A DNA stretch of 64,000 nucleotides from Camelus dromedarius (Eukaryota), in contig NC_087437.1 in NCBI RefSeq assembly GCF_036321535.1, positions 53,880,001-53,944,000 on the forward strand, given 5' to 3'. Below the pieces are notes generated by a model. It had not been told where the DNA came from, ran no database searches, and worked only from the letters and a program-made list of their open reading frames with translations. Both the position numbers and the translations under genes were made by a program. Of the stretch, positions 50,101 to 61,797 are shown piece by piece (the stretch's first letter is position 1; each line of letters starts with the position of its first letter).

Positions 50101-50239
50101 TTTGCTCATGGCCCTGCCTTCTCTGGAGGGCTCCCTAGCACTTGGGGGGCTCTCTTATTGCTTTATGGCTTCTCTATGGTTGCCCTTCAGTCCCCCGGGC
50201 ATCAACTGGACCTCATGCTTCAATAAATAGGCCAGTGTT

Positions 50240-50650
50240 TAATAAGTCTCCCCAAAGCTCAGTGACTTGAAACAAGAACAAAACATTATTTGTTATGATT
50301 CTGAGCGTTGGTTGGGAAACTGTCCTGCTGGCTCCTCCTGGGCTCTCATGGCTGGGCTGGAAGAGGCAAGTTGGCATCACTCTCATGTCTAGCAGTTGGT
50401 GCTGTCAGTGTCCTGGGACTCCTTAGTTCTCCTCTAAGTGGCCACTCTTTCTTCACTAGAATAAACCGTGGTTCTTAAATGGTGATCTCTAGTCAGTCTT
50501 CTAAGAGGGTGAAAATGGAGGTTGCATGACTTTTTTTAAGGCTTAATCTTGAAATTATCACATTGTTTTTGCCACATTTCTATTGGTCAAAGCAAATCAC
50601 AAAGGCAGCCCAGATTCAGGGTAGGAAAACAGACTTCATCTCTTGATAGG
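50240..50650 (-). mobile_element. MaLR LTR (old MLT1)
   Basis: cccaaagctcagtgacttgaaacaa...ccacatttctattggtcaaagcaaatcacaaaggcagcccagattcaggg. Confidence 0.7.
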
Positions 50651-52794
50651 CTGTGGCATGTTCTTCAGTCTACCCGCACCCTTTCTGCGGGAACTCACAG
50701 AAGGTCAGTACAGAAGGCAGGAAGGCCAGATGGAGTACATGAGCTTTCCTCGTCTCTCTTGCCACTCTGTTTCTTCATTTTCTCAAGACCAGTGTTGCTG
50801 GGTAGATGGTTATACACAAATTTATTTTATAAAGGGTTTCAATAATTTGGGAAGATAATTATCATACAGAAAGGAAGAAAGTATAATTGCAGCAAACTTG
50901 AACATTGCCTTGGATCTCAAAAATGAAGAAATGTAAAGGCTTGTGAAGAGATCCTCTGTGGCCACTTTTCAGACTGTCACTCGGGATCCTCCATCTTCAA
51001 GCTCAAGAGTTTCCTCCTCCCTCATTTCAAATGTCTCTTGGTTCAAGGGTCACTATCCAAATTTCCACCTTTACTCCACTTCCTTTTAGGAAAATTTACC
51101 TCTTTGCAAAGGAAGAGATTTCCCCCTCTCCCTTGATTCTGGCCCTTTCCTGATATAAAATGACTTCAGTTTTAATCCTGTGGTCTTTGCACACCAAGCC
51201 CTCACTAATGCTGGTCATCAGCCAGATTTCATAGGCAGTCAGTCACATGATGAGTTCTGGATCCCCCAGCAGGGCGCGGAGGAAGGGTGGAGTTGCCTTT
51301 TGGAGTTTCCATTTTTACATCCTCTTGTGAAGACTGATGTTGGCAGTTCCTCTTGCCAAGGATCTATTAAAATAAGATCAGCTCCCAAGAACAAAATCAG
51401 TTGTGTGTGTGTGTGTGTGTGTGCGTGCGCGCACATGCATGTATGTATTTGTGGGGAGAAGGGGACAGTTGGAGTATAGTGAGCTTTCTCAGATAAAAAT
51501 GGAGTCAATGGAACCTCTGCTATTGAATGAGACATATTTGGTTTCTCTTCTACTCAGTCCTGCCAAAATCATAACAATCTGTGCCCACTGAATAGTGGTC
51601 CCTATGTCCAACCTCACATGGACACAGGGATGTGCTGACTCCTCTTACTATATCTTGGAAAAAATCTACCTCTTTGTAACCTCTACCCACCAGTAATGAT
51701 TTTTCACACAGACAAGGTTTAATTCATCTTTTATGAGAGGCTTTCATGTATTTCAAGATAATTACCATGTCCTTCACAAGTCTATTCTCTTAGCTAAATA
51801 TTGAGGCTGGCTTAATAAAATGTTATCTGACACATGTCACTTTATTGATGAAAAAAAAGAAAATTTATTTCTGAGAAAACTCACATTTGTTGTTTTTATT
51901 GTAGATATTTCTGTCATGCATTTAGCAGAAATCCAAATGGTTAGACACAGAATATGGATAATGGATGGGATATTGAACATAAAGTGTTCAGTCATTAATT
52001 CTGTTTCTATTTCTCTTCTTTTGTGTCTAGTACCTACTCAAAAAAGAAAAGGGAAGAAGACTGTGTAAAAAGATCTATGACCAATCTATTAATTCTTTTC
52101 TCTAACTAGACAAGTCCTACAAATTCATTTAGTGCTTAATAATATTTAGGAATATTTATTAATTACCTACTATATATCAGTCACTGTGCATCTGGCACCT
52201 AGAAGACCCTTGGTAAATGCCTGTTGGGTCAATTCTGGGCATCACTTAATTGATACAACTGTGAAGTAAAATTATCCTCATTTTCTAGATGAGGAAATTG
52301 GAATTCAGGGGGGTTAAGTGAGTGTGTCAAGCTCTTAAAATTAGGAAGTTTAGAACCCAGGTCCTTCTTCTCACTCAACTCAGTGCAGACCTGCCCTGGT
52401 GGTGTAGGGTAGAGGCAGTACAAGAGGTTCCTCCTTTGTTCTTACTCTCTACATGTGAGGAGGAATAACCAGGGCTCAATTCTAGGAGGAAGGGAGCACG
52501 AAGCTGAACCTGGAAAAAATAGTGACAAAGGAAGCACAGGAAAAGACACTGACAAGGAGGGAGTTAAGAACCAAGATAAGCAGAGAGGAATGTGTTGGGG
52601 TGCTTAGCAGGTACTGAGTGGAGAAGTTTGGCTGGATGTGGGATGACTCATTTTGGGAGTGTGGGGAGGTTGGTTTGGAATTCTGTGTTAGTTTGATTAT
52701 AGTCTTTTGATGTAGTTGAACCATGGAGAGCCTTGAATAAGAAATTAAGAAGGCTTTTTACTATGGCTCAGTCAAAGCCAAGAACACTGATTTG

Positions 52795-53052
52795 CCATGT
52801 TTCCAGAGATGTAAATAAGCTTGTTCAGTGAAAATTCCTTCTTTCTATTGTTGTTAGGCAAATTCTGCACTACCTCCATAGATGGAGTGTGCATCTCTCT
52901 GAATAAATCTACTTTTACTCAACTATGGCTTGCTCTTGAATTCTTCCCTGTGCGAAGCCAAGGACCCTTACTTGATGGCGTGCAACCCAGGGACTCCACC
53001 CAGACCTGGGACATGGCCATCCTCTCACGTCCCATATTTTTTTTCCTGTACC
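52795..53052 (+). mobile_element. ERV1 LTR 3' part (MER41/LTR8-like R-U5)
   Basis: aataaatctactttt...gaattcttccctgtgcgaagccaaggaccc, ending cctgtacca. Confidence 0.55.
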
Positions 53053-54022
53053 ACCATCATATCCAGGATAAGTAAAATACTTTTAAAAAAAGCAATTTTC
53101 CCCTCACCTTTTGTAACAGAAATTTAGTTTTAAAAAGTGGGAAATTATGAATAGTTAACATTTTACCTAGTCAGGTTGGAAGTTCCTTAGGTTATTCATC
53201 CCACATTGGTGGGAAGCTCAAATGAGAAAATGTATAGGAAAGCCCCTTGCAAACTATTAAGTACCCTCCACATCTGAGGGGCCAGCTTTGGCCAACGGGC
53301 CTGCTCCCTGCTTTAGCACAGGAACACACGTGTGCGAGGCCAGCATCACTGTGTACAAGAGGTCTTCGTTATCAGCCCTGCATGCTGGCTAATGAGGACC
53401 ACAAGCACCGTGGAGAGGTTTTCTATTGTCAGGACTTTTTCTAACTCCAATTTGTGCAGCCCATGGCTGCTCTGCTTCCGGGAGCCCAAGCCCCAGAGGC
53501 CCTTAATAGACAAGGTCACCCGGATAGACAAGGTCACCCGGGTGAAATTTCGCCCACCTCTAGCCAGCCTGGGTGACTTCCCAAGAGAAGATAAATGACA
53601 GACAGGCCCATTGCAAGAGGGGAAAGACACTTCTAATTAACAATTTGGAGCAGACGACCCAGGGCTGGGCAGAAAGGCAGAATGCAGGTGGTGTTGGGGC
53701 CCCTGTGGCTGCTGCCACTCTCACTGCTTCCTGGCCCCACCATGGGGCAGGCTGATAACCATCTATCCCACGAGACCTCTCTGAGGCTGTTTCCAGGGGC
53801 GTTCCTGGGAGAAGCAGAGGCTAATCCTTCTGAAGCTTTCTGATACCAGCTCTATCCCATGTTTTCTTGACTATAGACCTAAGGCTGCAGCACAATGTAG
53901 ACCTGGAGAAGGAGCCACCTCTAAATGGACTCATTTCCACTTTTCCTTTCTCCAAAAACCTAAAACCAAAACCCAGAACCCCACATATCTTTATTCATTA
54001 TTCCAACTATTACTCTTCTAGG

Positions 54023-54205
54023 GCAGTGATTGGTTCTCAAATCTCAGTGTGCATAAAATCACCTGAAAACACTATAAATGGCAGGACCCCTTCTTCTACT
54101 GCACCTCACACTCCCATGGACATCAGGGGATCTGTGTTTTAACCAGTTTTCCAGGTGATTCTGATGTAGATGATTCTTCGATCACACTTGGACACGCACT
54201 ATTCT
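54023..54205. mobile_element. MER5A-like hAT-Charlie
   Basis: ggttctcaaatctcagtgtgcataaaatcacctg...ttttaaccagttttccaggtgattctgatg. Confidence 0.75.
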
Positions 54206-54304
54206 GTAGGTTAAAAATTAAACACAGAACCTATTTCATGGAGTGTTAAAACTGGAAGAGGTTTCAAGGAATTCCAGAACAACCTCTCACTCTAGAAATG
54301 AGAC

Positions 54305-54560
54305 AGCATCACATCGTGGACTGATGCACAGATTCTAGCAAACTGCCAGGTTAAATTCCTGGCTTGGCCTCTTATGTGCAGAATGATTTGGGGCAAGTTA
54401 CTTAAATTCTCTGTGCTTCAATTTTCTCATCTATAAAATGGAGATAATATAAAATGGGGATAATCACATACCTCACAAGAGATTCTGGAGGTTTAAATAA
54501 ATTAACATATATGTAGTATTGAGAAAGTACCTGGCATGTAGTAAGCATTTAATAGGTATT
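54305..54560 (+). mobile_element. Near full-length MIR
   Basis: ggggcaagttacttaaattctctgtgcttcaattttctcatctataaaatggagataat...cctggcatgtagtaagca. Confidence 0.85.
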
Positions 54561-54867
54561 ATTTGTATCATTCAAAATTCAGAGAAACAGAACTATTTCA
54601 AGTGATATAGAATGTGATATATTACAAGGATTAGGCAACACACAATTATGGGAACTGATTATGTTGACTATTTAAGGCTGTAGTTTCTACATTTGCTGCT
54701 GAGCCTTAAGTCAGCAGGGCTGGAAATGTAGAAGGAAAGATAGACATAAAGTACAGATGCCAAGAACAGACTAGAACCTGTAAGAATTAGCTAGAACAGT
54801 ATCTGTCTCTCACCTCCTTCAATCTCAATGATGCTGTTGACCTACAAGATGAGTTGGCACCCTGCAC

Positions 54868-55332
54868 TGTTGGGCCAACTAATGTCCTTCAAAATTCAAT
54901 GACCCCCATTTCTGGGCTCTCAGGTGTCTGCCTGTGATCCCTTAACAGATAAAATACATTCTTTACTGGGTGTGTTTCCCCTAACAAACTAATAGCCCTA
55001 GGTGATGCCTAATCTCACACGAGCTCAGGCTGGCTTAGCCCAACTTACCAGAGTCATAAACCCCACTGTCCTTCACGGACCCTAACCTCTTACCTCACCG
55101 ACAACCAATCAGAGACTTGCACACAAGCAGATCAGGCACCTGGTGACCCTACCTTATAAAAGACCCTTCAATAACTGGCCCTTGGTGCTCACACAGCACC
55201 TCTCACTGTTGCATCTAGCAGTGTACCCTAATAAACTCCTTTTCTATTCTCATACTTTATCTCTGGTTAATTCTTTTACCAGCCCATGATTCTCTGGCTC
55301 ACCAACCAGCTGCTGCATTGTGTCCCACAACG
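54868..55332 (+). mobile_element. Solo LTR (ERVL-type, 5-bp TSD TGCAC) nested in an older antisense LTR (~54564-55728)
   Basis: TGCAC at 54863-54867 and 55333-55337; CCAAT 55105, TATAAAA 55155, AATAAA 55230. Confidence 0.8.
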
Positions 55333-56636
55333 TGCACCACAGAGTAGCACCTGAATTTGATCCAGGACTCGGGGAAGTGGAAGGACTCAGGGAAGTTGCC
55401 AGAAGGTGGAAGAGATGAAGGTCTGACTGTATCCTGTACCAATCAAGTAGGCAGCAGACCACTGACAATGTGCATGAGCTGCACAAATGCTGGCCTCACT
55501 GACCTTCAGAGTGGAAAATAAAGGCTCTCCTTTACAACCCCCTTCCAAAGTTCACATGACCCTAACTTAGAACACTAACTTGTGGTTCACTCTAACATGG
55601 AACAATATAGAGAAGGAAATTCCAGCCATAACTTGGAATTCTAACCCTAACTTAGAAACATATACAGAAGGAAATTCTAGGATTTGTAGTTTCAGCTTAG
55701 CTAAACTGACATAATACAAAGTCACCATATTATCAGTTTCTCTTACTACTCATTAGAAAACTGACAGAGAAGGAAAGTAACTTAATCAAGGTCACACAGC
55801 AAATCTGTAGGAGATTAACAAGGGCCTTGGCCCATTCTTTTCTACTTCTATCATGCAAGCCTCCAAGTTACCACAAAGAGCATGCCCATATGAATGTTCT
55901 TTGGACCTACAGACAGAAAGGTCAAGGGGGTGATGGATCCATTTCAATAATACCTTTACTGAGGGCCTGCTAGGTGCTTGGTACTCTGCCCCTAGGCAGG
56001 GAGGAGTCCTCACCCTCAAGCTGCTCACAGAGAAGACAACTGTATCAGTAGCACAATAAAGGCTGAAGAGGCATATGTTGTAAGAGAGGGAAAATGGTAG
56101 TATTTTGGGTTGGCACTTGATGAAAAATGGGGCACAAAGATAACATCAGGGCCTTTTGCTTTATATCCAAAGTTCATCAAATCTAGCTCTTACCTCTCCA
56201 TTCTCTTATCCCCCGATACTCTGCCCTGGTGAGGCAGGACGTATGGTTCACCTGGAGCTGAGGGGCTTCCCAAGATGCAGTGCTAAAACCAGAAAGTCTC
56301 CGGCAAACTGAGATGAGTTGGTCTCCTTAAGGCCCAACAGAACCTGAGTGGGGACAGAAGTTCAGGAATGTCTGAGGAAAGCTGAAGGTGACTGGAGAAA
56401 CTTGACTCCTTTTTTTGGCTTGCTTATTGCTTATAAGAGGCACTTGAGCTCATTGAGCTGAGAGTTACAGGGTCATAATAGCCAAAAGAAGACTGTACTG
56501 TGCTTGATTCCAAAGTTGGCTTTGCTTACGTACCTGTTATTTCCCCTGGCTAAGTCACTTTATTTTGCTGGGCCTTTTTACTGTGGCTCTTTCACTGACT
56601 TTGGCTTCACTGTTGCCTTCCTGATTCTCCCCAGTT

Positions 56637-56672
56637 AAAAAAAAAAAAAAGAAGAAGAAGAAGAAGAAGAAG
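56637..56672. repeat. A-run followed by a (GAA)n microsatellite
   Basis: Directly visible. Confidence 0.9.
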
Positions 56673-58357
56673 ACCTAGAGGAGGACACCCACACTCAAAG
56701 CGCCCGGGACTGCCAAGACAGAAGGACCTTGGGCAGAAAAGAAGGTAGCAGAGGCCACATTTGGTTGCCAGTGCTGAGATGGCCACTTAAAAAATTCTCC
56801 AGCTCTTTGGTTGAAAAGTTTGAAATCATCAGGGGCACTTATCAAGACCTTTCACTTCCACCATACAAACATCGTATCAGATGAATCACCTTCCGGATCC
56901 ACCAACCAGGGTCTTTGTTTGGCTTGCACAACTAAAATTAGCAGCCCATTCACAATCCATAATGACTGGGGAATTATCTCATACACATGGGACAAAGGAG
57001 AGGGATCCGAAGAGGGGCCTCTTCCCTAAGTCTCATCCATGAGATTCTTCTCATTAAAGAGGCGCTCTCAAGTGTCCAATTTGCCGCAATTATAGCAATC
57101 AAAAAAGCATTCAGCCTCTTTCCGCACCTGACAAGCCAGCTCATGTATTCTCTCCAACATTAGTGGGGTGGATGCTAATGCAGCTCCCATCCCCCTGGTT
57201 CTAGCTACAGCCATCAATCCCACCCGACTCCCACCCCCACAGCCAGAGCTGGTTCATAGTCCGAGGGACTCAGTCATGTCGACACTATATGGTAGACCTG
57301 TGGCTGCTCAGACCTGCCTAGGTTCCATGGTTCTCCAAAGAGGCCAATTAGCCCATGATGTTGGCTTATATATTTCTACCCACAAAGGCTGGAAAAGAAC
57401 TGATTATAGGCAGCCTCCTCCATTTTGTAAGTTTCTAAGGGCTGATAAGGAAGTTTCTGCTGGGATAACAGGTGCAGGTGTAGCGCCATGGAGAACCCAG
57501 GGCTTGTCTGATTGCTGCATTGTGCCAGCCTCCATGGCACTTGAATGGGAGCTTTGTGAGTAGACAGTCTCCCTAGATTGCAGGGACTGCCTGCTGCTGG
57601 TGGCGGGGTGGAGGTCTGTTGATTCAAGGCCCATTAACAAAACACAAATAACTCTCAACTTCCTCTTCTCACCTGCTTCTTTGTTTTAGTCTAATGGCTC
57701 TTGGGGGAGCTGAAAATGTTATTTAATTATTCCTAACCCCCATGCTGCTGTTACAGCAACTCCTTCTAGAGCATGCCGTCCCCAGCAAGGCTTCTGTAAA
57801 CATATTTATGAACTGCTCCAGGCTTGCCAATAGATGTAAGAAGTCTGCCATCACTCCAGTCAGGCTGGTATTGAGTCATCTACCTGGACCACCTCTTGTG
57901 CTACTCCCTAGAAACACTCAGGCTGGCCCACCCATGACATGTTTCCATCTACCTTCAAGGCTGGCTGACCACAGCCCTGAGATGATTACTCACCAAGTTT
58001 CTCTCAATCCCTGCTGAGAGTCTTTGGAAAACAATATGCAAATGTTTATTGTTAAGTGTGGTCACTGAGCCCAGTGGGACTCTCTCACCTTTTCTCAGCC
58101 GCTTTGTCTGTAAAATGGGGATAATGGGGCTAACCAGACCTTCTTCAAAGGGTTATTATGAGTCCCCAGTGAGACAAGGTCTGCAAAATACATAGTGCTC
58201 AGTTGAGTAGGTGCTTAAATGAAGGTCATTACTATTTCATAATTGTTTCTGTCATATTAGTCAGTAGGTTACTTTTCAATAACTTTCTCCAGAATATCTT
58301 TCTGCCTCCCAATCTGATGGTAAGTTCTCCTAGAGCAGGGCACTGCTAGATTTTTCT

Positions 58358-58513
58358 TTTTTTTTTTTTTAAGTATTTTATTTATTATTTTATTTTCATG
58401 GGGGTGAGGGAAGTAATTAGGCTTATCTATTTTTAGAGGAGGTACTGGGGATTGAACCCAGGACCTCCTGCACTCCAAGCAAGCACTCTATCACTTGAGC
58501 TATACCCTCCCCC
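58358..58513 (-). mobile_element. tRNA-derived SINE (vic-1-like) with 11-bp TSD TAGATTTTTCT
   Basis: Reverse complement of ggggagggtatagctcaagtgataga...gggttcaatccccagtacc. TSD at 58347-58357 and 58516-58526. Confidence 0.92.
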
Positions 58514-59029
58514 TTTAGATTTTTCTATATTCCACACAATTTACCAAGCAGTTAGAATGCGGAAAGAGCACTGATGTGGGAGCCAGAAGCCTCAGGCTGG
58601 AGTCCTGACCCTGCCCATGACTACCACATCTCTCCCACTGTTGTCTTCCATGAGGTGTCCTTTGTTCTCCTCTGTGCCCTCACACTTCTTCCCTCCTTAA
58701 AAACCTTAAAAAAACAAAAAACAAAAAAACAAACAAACAAAAAAAAACAAACAAAAAAACCCTCTGACCTTGGCCTCACCTATTAAAATCCCACTCCTTG
58801 TTCCAGCTCAAACCAAATGCCCCACTTTCCATGAATCCCTTCTCTGGTTGCCCCAGTCTACACTGGCTTCTCTTCCCAGACTTCTGGTCCCTTTGTGGTA
58901 GCACTTACCCAGCTTAGTAAGTAATTGCTTTTTAAAAGTTCAGCATTAATATAGAAAAAATACAGTCTTTACCTTTTTGCAAAACTTCTTCCCCTACTGT
59001 GTTTTCCACACATATACAGCACTTCAGTG

Positions 59030-59360
59030 CAGAGGTTGGCAATCAGTGGCCCAGCGGCCAAATCTGGCGGGCTTTCTCATTTTGTCTGGCTTAGAGATAA
59101 GAGTGGTTTTTGCATTTTAAATAGTTGGAAAAAATCAAAAGAATAATATTTCATGACATATGAAAATTATATGAAATTTAAATTTCAGCATCCACAAATA
59201 AAGTTTTATCAGAACATAACCACATCCATTGTTATGTATTGACTACAATTGCCTGCATGCTGCAATGGCAGAATTGAGTATCAGCAACAGAGACTATCTG
59301 ACCCACCAAGGCTGAGTTATGTGCTATTTGACCCTTTACAGAGAAAGTTTGCTGACCCTA
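59030..59360 (+). mobile_element. MER58B-like hAT-Charlie
   Basis: cagaggttggcaa...aaaaaatcaaaagaataatatttcatgacatatgaaaattatatgaaattt...ccctttacagagaaagtttgctgaccc. Confidence 0.85.
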
Positions 59361-60728
59361 GCTTTAAAGTGTAAAGCCTCCTTTACATTTGCACATTCAT
59401 TTGGCTCTCATAATAGGCCTGCAGTACATCTCCATTTTCAGAAACTCAGAAAAGTGAAGCCACTTGTCCAAGACTGCACAGCTTCGAAGTGGCAGAGCTG
59501 GTAGTCTCCAGCCCACTCTTCTGACCACACATAGACCTGCACCACTCTTCAAGCAAGCCCTATGTGGAGGAAACTCTTTTGCCTTGTAATTCATTCTCTA
59601 TCACATGCCTCACTCAGTATGCCAGAGGAGTTCCCTCCAGAAACCTGGGCATGCAGAAATGTGACCTTGCATCAGTGGCTCCTCAGTATCTCTAAAATGG
59701 GAGGTAATTGTTAGAAAATGAAAAGTATCAATAACTGGTAAATGGCCTCTGTTCATGGGAGGTGCTGGAGCTGGCTGAGCCCACAAAAGCAACATCCTGC
59801 CAACCAGAACGCCTTCCTTGGCTGACTCTAACAAGGTTTAATTTAGGAAAGATGACATGTTGCTGGTGATCACTGATTGCCAGCAAAATGTACAAAGGAG
59901 CAGCAGCTAGTCTTTGGGAGGGAGAAATGAAGATTCTGACCCCAATCTGAGCCATTCTCAGGTAGCTGACTGCCTGCTTGACCCCCTTTCCAATTCTCCC
60001 ACTGTCTTTCCTCTTCTCCTGAGCTCCTGTAGTGGGTGCTCACTGGCTGTTCTTAGTTTCTCCTTCACTGGCCTTGGTCTTCAGCCACACTGTTTTCTTA
60101 GGGATGTCTCTCATTTCTTCCAGGGGCTGGGTGACTTAGGGTGAGTTACTTGCCCTTCCTAAGCTCAATGTCCTCATCTGTGGAAATGGGATAATATCTT
60201 TACTTCCAGCACAGATATGATCACATGTGATAACTTATGCACAGTGTACTTAGCACAGTGTCTGGCACATCAGCTGGACTCAATCAGTGATAGTACAGTG
60301 GTACTACTGTGTCCTCATTTTGAGTCTCAGTAAAAGTAGGTACTAAACCTCATTCCAGGAGTCTGTTTCTTCTCCCAGGAGCTTTATGACTTGGCCATAA
60401 CCTTCCCTCTATCCTTGCCCTCCTGTTCTCAAGTTCCCTGACATTTTCTCATAGCTCACTTCTCAGGAAAGCCAAGAATGTCTGTTGATATGACTTCTGC
60501 CCTGGAGAGGGGGTAGTCGTTCTGGACCAGAGCCAAGGGTCCTCGGTGGGAATGCCAGGTACACTCCATGGTCACTGGGGCCACTAACCAGGCCTTGCTC
60601 CCTCCCACAAAGTAGGGTTCCCAGCTCTTATTAGAAAGTACTTCCTGAGGTTGCACAGAGTGTCCATGAGTAGAGCTATAAGTGCTTACTACCACCTCTG
60701 TGGAGACTCCCATTTGGGTAATGGGTAG

Positions 60729-61139
60729 TGTATTAGTCAGAGTTTTCCAGAGAAACAGGACTAACAGGATATGTATATAGAGACAAACACATTTATTATA
60801 AGGAATAGGCTCACACAATCCTGGGGGCTGATAAGTCCAAAATGTACAATGTGAACCAGCAGGTTAAAGGCCCAGGAAAGCTAATAGTGCCATTCCAGTC
60901 CAAAGGCTGGTAGCCTGAAGACCCAGGACAGTGATGGTACAGATGAAGTCTGAAGGTAATCTACTAGAGCATTCCCTCTTGCTCTAGGAGACTAATTTTT
61001 CGGTCCTATTCAGGCTTTCAACTGATTGGGTTAGGCCCACCCAAATGCTGGAGAGCAATCGGCTTACTCAAATTTCACTGATTAAATGTTAATCTCATCC
61101 AAAAATATCTTCCAAATTGACATAAAGTTAACCATCACA
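60729..61139 (-). mobile_element. MLT2 (ERVL) solo LTR
   Basis: tgtattagtcagagttttccagagaaacag...ttgacataaagttaaccatcaca; TSD ggtag/gatag. Confidence 0.85.
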
Positions 61140-61743
61140 GATAGCATGCAAAAATACTCTTTCCATTATCTCTCTTTGACAATTCCTATATTGTCTTTGT
61201 CTTTCTAAACTAATGAAAGTTAGGAGACAAAGCAATTGGAAAGCCACATGAGGTTTCTTTCTCTTTGCAGAGCGGCTGAATAATAGTAATATATCCTCTT
61301 TGGAGGTAAAACTGTCTCGGTTGTATAAAGCATTTTTCAGTCCACACTCACTGGTTTCTCACATAGGACTAGTAGTCAGCTGGTCCAATGCACTTGTTTT
61401 TCAAACAGGGAAACAAAGACCTGGAGGGGAGAGGAGGCTTGGCCAAGTTCATCCACACAATAAAGTTGCTGGGGAGCTAGGACTGTTGAGCCCAGAGCCC
61501 AGCCCGGGGTTTTTCCCACTTTTTACCTAAAGTTTGTATCATTGGAAAGTAATGAAACTAGAATTTAAGTAGGTTTGGGATTCTTTTAATCAAGGGTCTG
61601 CAAGGGAAAAATTGTGACTTTGACATTTAGTGGTTGTCCTGATTAGCTCATCCACCTGGGTTATCTCTGCCTCACCTTGCCTTTGACTAGACTATTTTGC
61701 AACTCAGTACAGATAGAAATTAATTTGTAGAAAACTGATAGTA

Positions 61744-61797
61744 ATGCAAATAATCCCGGCCCATAGAAATGCAAATTGTGTCTAGTGGAATGCAAAT
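61744..61797 (+). promoter_or_regulatory. Three perfect octamer motifs (ATGCAAAT); candidate POU-factor enhancer
   Basis: ATGCAAAT at 61744, 61769 and 61790. Function is inferred only. Confidence 0.55.
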
